DNA of 61,654 bases, the filler included, from Sphacelaria rigidula (lineage: Eukaryota), in assembly GCA_964200075.2 (NCBI GenBank). It is 10 parts of 10 records of this genome, joined end to end, with 100 filler letters (N's around TTAATTAATTAA, not from the genome) between each part and the next. Parts side by side here need not be neighbours in the genome. Positions count along the whole stretch, not along the records: positions 18,530 to 24,604 come from CAXNAA020022401.1; positions 24,705 to 30,779 come from CAXNAA020022402.1; positions 30,880 to 36,954 come from CAXNAA020022403.1; positions 37,055 to 43,129 come from CAXNAA020022404.1; 6 more parts are not named here. One strand, given 5' to 3'. Position numbers and translations under genes: made by a program. The stretch's first letter is position 1. The number at the start of each line of letters is the position of its first letter. The notes beneath the pieces are model-generated. The model saw only the letters and a program-made list of their open reading frames with translations, searched no databases and was not told the origin of the DNA. Below are positions 24,425-37,155 of this stretch, piece by piece.

Positions 24425-24604
24425 GCCATCCTACGATGAGAGGGGGGCGTACTCATTTGTTGCTTGCCGTGGTCGTTTGACCGTTGACCACGCATTCGTT
24501 CGAGACGGAGCACCGTTCGTACTCCTACGATAGGGAGGGGGGGGGGGGGGGGGGTGGGGGATCGGCTACCCCTCCCCGCTTCCTCATCCATTGTGCTCCG
24601 CCAA
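24425..24604 (+). repeat. G-run module repeat at contig end
   Basis: ggggggcgtactcatttgttgcttgccgtggtcgtttgacc...acggagcacc...cctacgatag + poly-G; near-identical to 37113-37154 and to the reverse complement of 42974-43060. Confidence 0.85.
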
Positions 24605-24704
24605 NNNNNNNNNNNNNNNNNNNNNNNNNNNNNNNNNNNNNNNNNNNNTTAATTAATTAANNNNNNNNNNNNNNNNNNNNNNNNNNNNNNNNNNNNNNNN
24701 NNNN

Positions 24705-26121
24705 GGAATGTGTTGTGGATCCCGCCGCAAGCAAAAGAGCTGCAAACACGCTTGATGGTGTGTGCTCACATGAAGGAGGCGGGTCATCGGGGTGTTGTGG
24801 CGACACTGCAGCGGCTGCAAGAGTATTGCTGCTGGTTTCAGATGGAAGGTCATGTGACGGATTTTGTTAGGAAATGCTTGCATTGTGTGGACTCGAAAGC
24901 GGGTGAGATGGTCCCGCGGCCACTAGGGGAGACAATGCATGGCACACGGCCCGGTGAGGTGATACATTTCGATTATCTGTACGTTGGCGAAAGTGGCCCG
25001 CTGGGCGAGAGCGGCCTGAATGAAGGCGACGGGTACAAGTACATATTTTTAATGATGGATGATCTGTGCATTTTCGCGTGGTTGGAGCCCACCGAGTCTT
25101 GTACAGCTGCAGCAACTGTGCAGCATCTGCTGGCGTGGTGCAAGGCGTTGGGCCCGCCGGAGATCTGGGTTAGTGACACCGCATCGCACTTTAAGAACCA
25201 TGTGATGCGAGCATTGGAGAAGGCGCTACAGCTGGACAGGAGGTTTGCGGTTCCAAACTCGCCGTGGTCAAATGGTACGTGTGAAGGATGATGCGCGAGG
25301 TTGTCCGCACTTTGAAGGCCATACTGCGAGAAGAGAAGCGCGACGTTCGTGACTGGGTGGGACTGGTACCTGCCGTCCAGTGGGCATTGAACACGTTATT
25401 CCGCGAGCGCTACGCCAGTACGCCATACCATGTGATGTTTGGACGGGCGCCGCGCACAAGTTTTTCAACCCTGGCATCGTCGACTGGCGGCGAGTGGCGA
25501 CTTGATGTGCTGGATGAGGACATGCTGCGGGAGAAGGTGGCGTCAGTCGTGGAGGCGCAGCAAGCGTTGCACAAGGAGGTGGCGCAGCGTGTTGAGAAGA
25601 CCCGTGAACTGCAACGACGTGTCGCTAGTAAGGGACAGTTGCCAAATTTCATGGTGAGTGACTATGTGTTGGCTGCGAGGGTTAGGCGCTCAGGTTCAAC
25701 GCAAAAACTCGTAAGTACGTGGACAGGACCGTGGAGGATCGTGGCAGCGGAGCATCAGCATGTGTACGAGATTCAGAATATCGTCAACGGAGAGGTGAAG
25801 GACGCGCATGTCTCCCGTCTACGGTACTACGCGGACAAGCAGCTGGCGGTCACTGCGGATCTGAAGGAAGTGTTCCGGTATGCGTTTGCGCAAGGAGAAT
25901 TCGAGATGGAGGCGATCGTTGACTTGTCCGAGGCCCAAGACGGTGATGGATTCGTTGTACACGTGGAATGGGTAGGTTTCGGCAAGGATGAGAGCTCGTG
26001 GGAGCCTCTGGAAACCATTTTGGAAGGAGCCCCGCAGTTCGTACGTTCTGAATTGCGTAAGTTGCGACTAACAAAGCAGGTGCGGGCCCGTTTGCTGGCT
26101 AAGTATGGGCTCAAGCTCTGA
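24705..26121 (+). mobile_element. Ty3/gypsy integrase with C-terminal chromodomain; one frameshift at ~25285
   Basis: HMKEAGHRG..CLHC zinc finger; HFDY, MMDD, WVSDTASHF, NGTCE(R); WTGPWRI; chromodomain FEMEAIVD..VHVEWVGFGKDESSWEPL. Confidence 0.95.
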
Positions 26122-26273
26122 TTGATTGGGTTACCAGCTGTGATTGGTTGTTGGCGTAGTTCATGGATTCTACTATGCCATTTGGCGTACGTTGAGTATA
26201 CCGATTGGTCATTGTTTGCCTAACATGTTGGAGTAGCTCGTGCTGGTGTGTTATGATTATACTGGGGGGGGCA

Positions 26274-26643
26274 TCGTGATTTGACCTGATTTGGTCTGAT
26301 AATGCTTGTCTCTTGTTGACATCGTAGGGTACTGTCGGTGTCTACTGTTTTGTCAAATTCGCTTTCTACTTCAAATAGTGCGAAGTTTTGGGGTTTGTAG
26401 AGTAGTCCACCTACAGTATCCATCATGTAGATATGCGGCGGATCCTGGATTGATTGTTTGGAGGATGATTGTTGGATGCGTAACATATCGTGTTCGTGAG
26501 GAAAGCTCGTGAGGCTTACTTCTGGTTAACGAAGACTGCGGTTTGTATAACTGCTTGAAGTCTTGAAGTCTCTGGAGCCCGTGACTGGGAGGAAGCCTCT
26601 GGAGCAGCACTGTAACCTTGTCCTGATTGCAGGCAGGTTCACA
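26274..26643 (+). repeat. Putative 3' LTR of the chromodomain gypsy element
   Basis: Follows a G8 polypurine tract (~26264-26271); imperfect t(c)gtga...tcaca termini. No second LTR in the window to confirm. Confidence 0.4.
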
Positions 26644-27407
26644 GGTTCTGCATCCATCTCTTTTTCTATACTTCGCCCTTCTCTTTTTTCGCCGTTCCTT
26701 CCCACCTCTACCGTTCTCTGCTTTTATCCCTTCCTCTCGCATCTCCACCTTTTTTTGCTGGAGTTTCATAAGCAAATGTCCCATTTTTTCACTGGCGTGG
26801 GAAATGCCGATTGTCACAACCACGCCTACGACCCTACCTTACTTCTTGCTGCTTGGAGCCGATATGGATCTCGATGGCCACGAGAGCGCGGTCGTCGTTC
26901 CTTTTCGCTGGCCCGTCGTTTTTTGTGTGTGGAGATCAACGGCAAGGATTCTTGCTGTGTCCCATGCTTAAGATACCCAGAAACGGACTGAAAGGGGAAG
27001 CAGACAGAAAAGGGTATAGCCACTGCACAGGGCGACGGACAAGCAGGGGAAGCAAGCGATCACAAAAGGGTATTTCAAAAAAACAGCAACAACGAGAACG
27101 TACACCAACCGCGCACGGCGGCAAAAAAGAGCCCCAGCCGCCTCAAGTGGACGCTCGCCTCCTTATCGCTAATCCTGTCTCCAGCATTTTGAATTTCGTA
27201 ATAAAAAACTGCTATTATTATTGTTGGAAAATCCAAGAGGGTTCATGGTACGCGAGATGAAGCTCCCAGACGTAAGCTACGTAAGCCTTTTCTTCTTCCA
27301 AGTTTGAGTCCTCTCGTTAGGTGTATCCCCTTCTGGCTGACGTTCAGCGGGGGGGTTGTTTTCATCTGTTGGCCGATAAAAGAGAAAACGGATTACACAG
27401 CAAAGTA

Positions 27408-27849
27408 ACAGCCGATCATCGAAATTGAGGATGAAGCTTTTCATTGAGGATGAGAACCCGTAGAATTAAAATCTTCGTTTTCTCACCAACTCTTCGAAGT
27501 ATGGTTCCATTCCTTCACCTACTGGTAGCTATTGACAAAGTGCTACACGTCATACAATTTGGATTTCGATAACCGAAATGTTGGGGTCCTAGAAGAAAAC
27601 AAATTGGGGGATACAGGTGGTCCGACCGGATCGCCAAAATTCCCCAAGACTGGTTTTTCACCTAGGACCTCAATATTTTGGTTATCGAAATCCAATTTTT
27701 AATGACGTGTAGTGCTCTGTCAATAGCTACCAGTAGGTGAAGGAATGGAACCATATTTCAAAGATATGGTGTGCATACGAAATTTTTAATCCTCCGGGTT
27801 CTCATCCTCAATGAAAAGCTCTATCCTCGCAATTTCGATGATCGGCTGT
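27408..27849. mobile_element. Foldback MITE (~440-bp near-perfect palindrome)
   Basis: TA|ACAGCCGATCATCGAAATTG ... CAATTTCGATGATCGGCTGT|TA; arms pair over ~200 bp. Confidence 0.9.
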
Positions 27850-28101
27850 TATTAAGTCCCTACTTTCGAGCAAGCGGTATTCCGACGCGATGAATTCGTC
27901 AACACCCGCTGAATTTCGTACCCGGCTGAACGTCATGTAACCATGGCATGTCCCTAGTTGTGCAAAATGATATTTCATACGGCTGTGAACTGGACCAGTG
28001 AATACTGTCGGTTAAGCTGGGACTAGAGTTGAACTAGAAGTGGCAACGAGGGCGCCACTTGTCTAGTTTATTTGAGGATTGTCGTCATCAGCTATTTATA
28101 T

Positions 28102-29804
28102 CAGGGGTCTACACGTTACACGTGCCACAACGTTACACATTATGTTCACGTTACGTTTTGGTCGAAACGTGAAGTGAAAGTTAAATTTTGATTACGTGCC
28201 AAACGAAACGTGAACGTGACGGTAATTATTCAAATGAAAAGTTAACGTAACGTGAAACGCTTTTAACGTGCCAAAAGAAACGTAACGTGAACGTTAAAAT
28301 GTCCAAACGATCAAAACACGTAATATGAAACGTTTCATGTAACGTGTAACGTCTGCTACACGCTACAAGTGTATTAGACGTTTCACGTTACATTAAAGTC
28401 ATGAACACGTTACATGAAGCGGTGCACACTTCAAGTTTGCAATGAATTTTGAAATCCTAGAAGATTGTGCTTCGGTAAACCAGGGCTCTACACGTTACAG
28501 GTACTACAACGTTACACGTTACGTTCATGTTACGCTTTGGCCGAAACGTAACGTGAACGATAAATTTTGGTGACGTGCTAAACGAAACGTGAACGTGACG
28601 TTAATTTTTCAAATGACACCTTAGGGTTACGTGACCTACTTTTAACGTGCTAAACGTAACGGAACGCGAACGTTAACTTGTCCAAACGGTCAAAACGCTT
28701 AATATTACACGTTTCATGAAGTACGTCTGTTACACGTTACAAGTGCATAAGGCGTTCTACGTTACATGAAGCGTTTCATTTTACGTCTCACGTTACATGA
28801 AACCTCATAAACACGTTACATGAAGCGGTGCACACTTCAAGTTTGCAATGGATTTTGAAATCCTAGAAGATCGTGCTTCAATAAACCAGGGCTCTACACG
28901 TTACAAGTGCCACAATGTTACACGTTACGTTCACGTTACACTTTGGCCGAAACGTAACGTGAACGTTGAAAATTTTGAGTGATGAACGTAAGGTAACGTG
29001 AACGTTAAACTCTCAGATGAAAAAGTCCATCAGTCTGTGTACAATGAAACAAAAGCTTGTCAAGGTAGATAATAATATATTTTTCTCTGCGGAATTCCAG
29101 GGCGACTCAAGTCGGCGTTCAAGCATGTTCACGATCTGTTGCGTGTGCAGTATGTGCCGTCGTGCGAATGACCAAGCATTTGAAAATTGAAAACTGAAGA
29201 TTGAACATTGAAAACTGAAGATTGAACATTGAAAACTGAAAATTGAAAATTGAAAATTGAAGATTGAAAATTGAAAATTGAAAACTGGAAATTGGAAACA
29301 AAACGATGAAAAGGAAACAGGGAAATCGAAAACATTACGGTCAAAAACAAATGGACGATACACTGTAGAGAAAGTAATGTTACACAATCAGAAAATGCGC
29401 CTACGCTCAAACATAAGACGGGCTACTGTCAGCCACCGTCAGCGTCACGTACACGGTACCGTCAAGCATTACACGATACGTTATAACGCATTAAACACCG
29501 GTAATTGAGCCGCGACACGCTCAGAATGGAACGTTACATTCGAAGGCTACACGTGTCAATGAAACGTTATATCAGACGTTACTCGTTGCATGAAACGTTT
29601 CCTACTACGTTACACGTAACTAAACGTTACGTTCAATTTCATCAACGTGCCAAACGAAAGGTGAACGTAACATAAATGTTTTAAATGCAACGTTGAAGTG
29701 ACGTGAAAGTTTTTCAACGTGCCAAACGAAACGTGATGTGGACGTGAAATTTCAAAAATTGATTAACGTGACGTGAACGTGAACGCGTAACGTGTAGACC
29801 CCTG
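28102..29804. mobile_element. ACGT-rich non-autonomous hAT-like element with triplicated left end
   Basis: TIR CAGGGGTCTACACGTTAC/GTAACGTGTAGACCCCTG; flanks atttatat/atttttgt (6/8); internal end copies at 28481 and 28887; (TTGAAAA)n-like tract at 29180-29300. Confidence 0.88.
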
Positions 29805-30212
29805 ATTTTTGTAAAAACCGTAATATGGTGAGTTCGTAACAAAGATGACTCACCGGTGTCGCCAATCAATTCGGAGGTCGCGTGACTTCCGGTGGACGGG
29901 AGCAACCTCCCAAGGGTGGCCGATGATTTTCCTCCTGCTATATGGACAAGGATTTGACTGTAGTCGAGTAGTCGAGTGTGTAGGCTGTTCGATCACCAGG
30001 CACCAGTTAGGGGCAGTTTCAAGTGTGACCCCCAGGGGACATGACGGTAGTCCATCGGTAAGATCTTGTATTACCTCGGGTCCCAGAGTCGGCTGCACAG
30101 AGATGAGGGTTTCGGACCTCCCGGGCAGTTTGCAGTCAGAACTGCACCTACTATAACGGTCATTGTATGGTTTACACGTCATAGATAGGAGAAATATCTC
30201 CGCAAACGGAAA

Positions 30213-30360
30213 ATGGCGATCTCCACATGTACTACTGTAGAGCGCCTCTTTTCATGCACTGAGAATGTAATTGCGAGGACTCTCAACTCGCTGAGCCCTG
30301 GGTAAGTTGAACTCTTGGTTTTCTTGGGTAGCACGTGGCAAGTTGCAGAGAAATATGGGG
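30213..30360 (+). pseudogene. hAT transposase C-terminal dimerisation-domain remnant
   Basis: MAISTCTTVERLFSCTENVIARTLNSLSPG*VELLVFLGSTW fits the S..ERLFS....I...RN.L....VE.LVFL pattern; in-frame stop. Confidence 0.75.
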
Positions 30361-31066
30361 CATCAATTGAGACGGAGGGCGATTCGAAGGTATCGCGAGA
30401 AATGTTTTGCGTGAATTTCGCGTGAAGAAGCGATGCACAGCTTTCATGCTCCGTCTTCCGTGTTGCGGTTGACTTATACACTCTAGGTCTGGCGTTCTGT
30501 GGCGATACAGTGGCAAATGAAGAATGGGTTTGACCTGGTGTAATGAAGAGAGGTATGGACAGGCTCCACACAGCTTCCTTGATAGATCAATGTAATGCAA
30601 GCGTGGTAAGATGTGCAAACGCGCAAGGTGTCCGAATAAAACAAGCTGCAGATACACACCTGAAGATTCACGTGACTGTTGGTCACAGTAGCAAACAAAC
30701 AAAGAACAACAAATTGTGAGAATTGAGGTTTAACTTCGAGATGAGGCTCAAGCCTAAAACAGTGCTTTCCCCACACTTTNNNNNNNNNNNNNNNNNNNNN
30801 NNNNNNNNNNNNNNNNNNNNNNNTTAATTAATTAANNNNNNNNNNNNNNNNNNNNNNNNNNNNNNNNNNNNNNNNNNNNCGACGAGTGATGGCTCGTTTG
30901 ACGTATGAAAAGTTTGGTGGAGAAACTCGAAAACCTCATACAGTTTTTCTTGCCTTGACGTCAAATTCACCCCAAAAGACGTTTCCATACTAAAACCATA
31001 TAGTTAGGAGTTGCACGTTTCAAGCCCACGTCCTCCTCAAACGTGCAAAATTTTACGTTGTCATTA

Positions 31067-31694
31067 GGAGTTAGATCTTGAAACTTCGCATCAATATGTG
31101 ATGTATCATTACGCAAATGTTACGGACGATGTTTTTCGTACTTCTCGATTTTTTCACCGTTTTTCGGGGGTCCGACGGGATCGAAGTCGTTTTTCGAAGT
31201 AGTCTCCATTCTGGGACCCCAAAAAACGGCACCACGATATTTTTTATCTTTTTGCAAACTATCTCCCCATATTCCACGGATGGGCTCCACAATTTTTCGT
31301 CGCAAAACTCGATAAACTGATGCTTGAATTTCCATGTTCACGTCAAAGAAGGCCCAAAAACGCCGTTTTGGTACTAAAATCACGTAGTCTGCGGTTTCAC
31401 CGCGGCACCGCAAAGTTCATCGCACAAAAGCGAAAGACCTCACACCGTTATGAGGAATTAGACCCTGAAATTTGTTCAACTGTGCTTCGGGTCATTACGC
31501 AACTTTGGATGAATATATATATATATATATATATTGGTTACCGTTTTGCGGGGGTCCGATTGGGTCGAGGTTCCGCCCAAATAAATGGGAACCCAGAAAA
31601 ACGGTGAAAAAAGTCAAGAAGTCAAAAAAAAAAAACTTCGAAAGTTGCGTAATTATCCATAGAATATTCGTGCAAAATTTCAGGGTCCAACTCC
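31067..31694. mobile_element. Degenerate TIR element with GG..CC ends and TTAA on the right (Kolobok-like)
   Basis: ttaGGAGTTAGATCTTGAAACTT ... AATTTCAGGGTCCAACTCC|TTAA; related ends at 31004, 31452 and 37740-37760. Confidence 0.55.
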
Positions 31695-31754
31695 TTAAAA
31701 CGGCGTGAGGTTTTGCCGATGATTGTTTTTTGGGTGATCCACGTGAACCAGCCT

Positions 31755-31940
31755 GTATTGCCATCGCAATTTCCTCATGTCTGTTCGTTTGAATGGAATA
31801 CATTGCCGACTCTGCTCTCAAAACTGTATTACTCGTCGTTTTCGAGCTTCCAAGTATTTTCATAGCTGCTGCCATCTGTACTGTTTCCAACCTCTCCACC
31901 AACTTCACGTTCCCCTCCCATGCTTTTCCTGCAAATATGC
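31755..31940 (-). mobile_element. LINE ORF2 fragment (region C-terminal to RT)
   Basis: AGKAWEGNVKLVERLETVQMAAAMKILGSSKTTSNTVLRAE resembles the LEY...W.....LE.VQ..A.K.ILG....TS...LR.E segment of non-LTR RT proteins. Confidence 0.75.
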
Positions 31941-32489
31941 TGCTTGCTGCTGTGTTCGACACCGCGTACCAACCGCGGCGTGACGCGTTCGGCGCTACTA
32001 CCTCCTCACTGCACAGCGGCGGGGTGCAGGGTGACAAAGCACACCGCAGGACGCCAAATTCTTAGCCCTAGCCTATCCTGCATTAAATTCGCACCGTCCT
32101 ATGCAGTTCACCACATCATAACTGCAGCCGCTTGTACTTGCGGCCAACGTGTACACGGGATATGACCCCTCGCTACGCGCTATATCGCTACGCCACATTT
32201 TGTAAAACTGTCCGTTTTGCAGCTACAGCGTGCGTTTGCCCCCGGTGGAGCACGCAGGAGTGAAAGGCCGCCTCCGCCGCTGTAATGGCTGCCTGTATCT
32301 TGGGCGAAGCTGTATGGTAAAACAGCCGCTATGGCGCGACAGCCGCTTGTAACATTCCACACCGTGTAGATTTTCACACATTGTTGTCTTGAAGTGTAGC
32401 GTTGCAATTACCGTTTTCAAGTACGAGTATTACACCAATTAGTGTCGACAATATATTTTGGACTGTGCAAACAAATTCGACCTAACGTT

Positions 32490-32645
32490 CGACGAGGGAA
32501 GGGGACTGCTGAATCCCTCTCGCGAAAATAAAGAAAGGCAAGCACCGCAGAAGGAAGGTGGAGAACTAAACCAAACGTGAGAGAAAAAAAAACTGTGTTC
32601 ACCTTCCTCCTGTGTGACCCCGGCTGGCGCGCCCACATATATCGA
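32490..32645 (-). repeat. Dispersed short repeat, shared with 61445-61654
   Basis: atgtgggcgc(g/a)ccagccggggtcacacaggaggaagg ... ccaccttccttctgcggtgcttgcctt is present in both places. Confidence 0.85.
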
Positions 32646-33365
32646 AAGGTGGAGAGCGGCTTCCAAAATAGATGAGACGACAACACACGCACAACACACT
32701 GTGCGCACTACACTTTCAACATCGAGTTCGTACTGACTGTAGAAATCTTTATCCCGGGTCTGGTACATTTTCACAAATAATGCAGGGTCTAGTACATTTC
32801 TACATGTGACGTTACTCAGTGAGATCGTGAAAAAAATCCGCAACATCTGGGCGAACTGCAAGGGAGGCAATCGCCGAAATATTCATCTGCAAACTCTATT
32901 CCAGTGCACTGTAAGTTGATACCGCTAGAAGGACACTGCCATAACCACCTTGCCGGGCTGCCAGACTGTCAGGAGGTGGGATCCGCTAGCATTGCTGCTG
33001 TCTGTACGGGGATATTGCTCCCTTGTCGGGTACGTGGGGAAAGCTCCGTGGCAGACCGTAGTGGTCGCGTCAAGCAGCTCCACGCTGGGTGTTCTCACTC
33101 AAGACTTCGATTTGGCGCATGATACTAGGTAGGCACCAGTGCCTGCTGTGTGTCTAGGTGCCCCCGAGAGCAAGATGCGTTTGGTGTCTCTTTGAGACAG
33201 GTTTTCCCAAGAAACCAAAATCAACAGGGGTTCTAGAGCAGGAAAAAGTGTAGGGAAAAACGAGTTGCATGTATTGAGTCGCAAAAATCGAGTCGCAAAT
33301 AACCGGTTAGTCGAGTTTTTCACCCGGAGCAGAAACCACATTCACTAGGTGAAATTGGAATTACC

Positions 33366-34100
33366 TAGGGGTCTACACGTTAGACGTTCACGTTCACGTT
33401 ACGCTCATCACGCAAAACTCTTCAACGTTACGTTAACGTTTTATTTGGAAACTTAACGTTACGTTTCGTCACATGTGACGTAATATGAAACGTTTCAATC
33501 CCACGTGTCACGTCTATTAAAACGTCAAGTCGACACAGATAACGTTCGAATGTAACGTTTCTGTGCATGTCGCGGCTCGTTTACCAGTGTTTGAGGCGTT
33601 GTAACGTGTTGTGTCACGCTTGATGTTACCGTGTACGTGACGCTGACGGTGACCCGTCGGCTACTTCTCATGTAAAAAACAACTCTTATAAATCAACTCG
33701 TTTTCTGATAAGTGACCAAAAAACGACTCCTCTCATGATCAGAAGACGTGGAACATAACGTTTGACGTACCGTGTGACATACCGTGTAACGTAATGTGTA
33801 ACGTAACATGCAACGTGTAATGCAGGCGTGTAATGCAGGCGTAACGTGTAATAGACGTTACACGTTACATGAAACGTTTCATATTTACGTTATTTGAACG
33901 TTTGGGCAATTTAACGTCCACCTTACGTCACGTATGGCACGTAAAAAAAATATAACGTTACGCTAACGTTTCATTTGAAAATATAACGTCACGTCCACGT
34001 TACATCCATCACGTGAAAAAAAACGTTCATGTTATTTCGGCCAAAACGTAACGTGAACGTAACGTGTAACGCTGTGGCACGTGTAACGTCTAGACACCTG
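33366..34100. mobile_element. ACGT-rich hAT-like element, second copy (735 bp)
   Basis: TAGGGGTCTACACGTTAG ... GTAACGTCTAGACACCTG; flanks gaattacc/gaactatc (6/8). Confidence 0.85.
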
Positions 34101-35569
34101 GAACTATCATATGCAATGTACACCGCGGGCCGTCGATCAAGTGTAAGACCAGTACATACTGAGAACGTACCGGAAAAAGTTCGTTAAAGGTGTACCTATA
34201 GGTTACATCCAATACACGATTGCACCTTTTTGAACTCGCGAAAAATAGTACAAGCTCCCAAATGCGAGCTTTCGTCACGGGGAAAACGTCACTTCGAGTT
34301 CGGCGCACATCTCTGTCCCGTTAGCATACTTGAACTTAGAGTGCTGCGCCATTTTGATGGGCTGCACCATCAACAGTGGCACAAAGACAACCATATCTTG
34401 CCTTGCCCGAGAAGAAGACTCCTGCAATCGTCATTTTTCCATCAAGAATTTCAAGTGGGTTGAATGTCCTCTCTCGTCGGCACATGTTGCACCTACCGGC
34501 CCAACCGTATATTCCACGCCCAGTACATATACTGAACTCATTCACGTCCAATCCCTACGGCCCTCACTCACGAACAACATATTGTGCCGGCAATATATGA
34601 TCCTCTCGGGCGTGAAACATGTTGCGCGGTCATTATACATCACGCTTGTCCAGCATGTTCTGTTATACAAAATCGATGTGTGTTGATGCACCTACCGAAG
34701 GAACATGCTGTGGGAGTAACATACCTCCAAGTCATACGTGGCCGGTGATATGTACGACGGATACAAATTACGTTCCAAAATTGGTGTACACATTGATTGC
34801 TCAAGCCATACCGACTCGCCTTCGCGCCAGGATATCGGTTAGTCAAAATATGTCGTATACCGCAAATGGCGTCATTGTAGTACATCATATCAAGCCAGGC
34901 ACGAGTTCGGAAAAAACACAGGGTTATCTTCAATTACCCGCGAGATTGGACGAATATCCTGTTTCATTTACGGGATATCCCGTCAGGATGTGAAGGGGTG
35001 TCCACTTTTTTCATCTCTCCATCGCATTAGCCAGGTTATTCAGACCCGCGGTCGAAAGGGAACGTTCCGAGGTAACCACGCAAGGAGGCATTGTTTATCC
35101 TCCGGTGGGGAGTATTTCACTGCAGTAGCGAGCTGCAGGCTTGGATGTTTCCCTCCCGAAAAAAGTACACCATCAACACATGAGCTCGGGCGCGTAGATT
35201 CTAAGCAGCAGCCTCCCCTCTGCAAGAAATACACAACGAACAGCTGAGCTCGGAACAGAAAACCTCTGAGCAGCGCCGAACCAGTAACCAACAATGTAAT
35301 TACCGGGAGAAAGCAGTAAGGGACATATCGACGAGAACATGAGTAGAGATCGATAGGCACAGCTGCTGTCAGGGACAGACTGAAGACATAAGATAGAAGG
35401 GAAGAGAGAAAGAAATAACCAGGGGTCGAGACGAGTCGAGACGAGGTCTCGACGACTCACAAAGTGCGAAGCCAGAGCAACACCGAGCAGAACGGAGCAC
35501 AAGATGCAAATAAGACGGGAAGAAAATCAAAGGATGACGTCTTTGGGAGCCAAAAGTGCAAACCGATCA

Positions 35570-35972
35570 AAAGTGCCTATTTTGACCCTTCGCTAACGTT
35601 CTGCTGCTGGGTAGAAGACCGGACGGGTTATTCGATCTAGGAATGATATGTTCCACCACCTGCCGGGGTTGCAGGACACATCGAAGAGTCTCGGTGCGTG
35701 CACTTCGAAGCTGGGCGCGAGAAATAAAAATGGTATTTTTGTACAAACCTTCCCGAGTCACGAAAATGCATGCAAGATCAACACGATTGATCGGTGTGTA
35801 CCACCGTTCACGTTTTTTTTGCCTCGACTGAAGTCAAACGGCACACACCGAAATTCGTACAGGAGTGCTGATATGCTCTCCGATTGTAGAGCGAATCATT
35901 CCAAGGTCGCATAACCCGTCTGTGCATCTCTTCACGTCAAACACTTTGCCAAAGGGTCAAAATACGCGCTCT
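35570..35972. mobile_element. Degenerate MITE-like element
   Basis: agtgcctattttgacccttcg vs caaagggtcaaaatacgcgct form imperfect inverted ends; no clear TSD. Confidence 0.45.
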
Positions 35973-36879
35973 TCATCACTTCCACACCTGACCCCATTAT
36001 AAGTGGTACATAAGAAGTAACAATATGAAACGGGAGCCGAAATACTACCCGAGAGATCCAGAAATGACATCTAGCGAGGCAGCGAGGATAACGGGGAATC
36101 AACTCGAAAACAAGAGAAACATCAAGTACAACGTGCCGCCTCCGGATGGAACAAGAACGTTTTCCTTTCCTCCGGAAAACGACGAGACATGACAGAAATA
36201 TTGGAATTATGTCGGGACGGGACGAGACGGGAAGCCCCTTTCCTGAAAGAAGACAGGACAAGACAACTAATCCCGCACCGTCATATTTCCACGAGATTTT
36301 TCTCTTGTGAAAAGCTGTGGATTTGGCAAATAAACTGCATGGGAGGAAAAAGTTGATTCCTCAGGCATCGCTCCCTGACAATATACCAACTTCACCACCA
36401 AACGAAGGTCTGAGGTGGAAAACGATTGCATATGGATTGGTATTCGGTGAATGATACCACCCTTACAACAACTGTACATGAGAGCGACCACACATGCCTT
36501 TTCGTCGGCCACCCTCTCCTGTGTGCGTGGTGTGGCATCCGTGGAAACGTTATATTGGCGGACACGATTCCTATTTGCCCGTTCGAACCAGGTCTGCTGA
36601 TGTCGCGTCCGTTGTCGATTTCTTTTTCCACTACATTTTTCAGAAGCGTCCGTATTTTCTTCAAGAATAACGGATATCGCGGGATTTCGGGTTGCACGCC
36701 ACTGTACACACTTGCACACGTCGGACAGCTCATGAGCTACCTGAAATAACGAACCGAAGCGAACTCTTGGATCCATTTTACAAAAACACAAGACACGTGA
36801 CAGCAGTGTCCGAGAAGCCAAAGCGTTACCTTCCCGCTACACGGCGCGCTCGGCGTCCATCGCCTCTTTTTTTCCCCCA

Positions 36880-36954
36880 CACTTTGATCCCCTCCCCTTC
36901 CTCGGGAAGAGTCCGTGGTCTCAAGGGATCAACCCATCTCTCCCCCGGTACGTG
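36880..36954 (-). mobile_element. tRNA-derived SINE, 3' fragment cut by contig end
   Basis: cccttcctcgggaagagtccgtggtctcaagggatcaacccatctctcccccggtac matches 58193-58250. Confidence 0.75.
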
Positions 36955-37089
36955 NNNNNNNNNNNNNNNNNNNNNNNNNNNNNNNNNNNNNNNNNNNNTT
37001 AATTAATTAANNNNNNNNNNNNNNNNNNNNNNNNNNNNNNNNNNNNNNNNNNNNGTCTTTGGTGTGGTGGTTCGTTGGGGGGTGTCGAG

Positions 37090-37155
37090 CGGGGGGGGGG
37101 GGGGGGGGTGGTGGGCGTACTCATTTGTTGCTTGCCTTAGTCGTTTGACCATTGT
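37090..37155 (+). repeat. G-run module repeat at contig start
   Basis: poly-G then gcgtactcatttgttgcttgccttagtcgtttgaccattg. Confidence 0.8.

Noticed and set aside
32904..33128. Possible isolated exon
   Set aside because: Splice-like borders exist but there is no recognisable protein or partner exon.
36267..36821. 184-aa minus ORF
   Set aside because: No recognisable motif or splice support; overlapping ORFs of similar size suggest chance.
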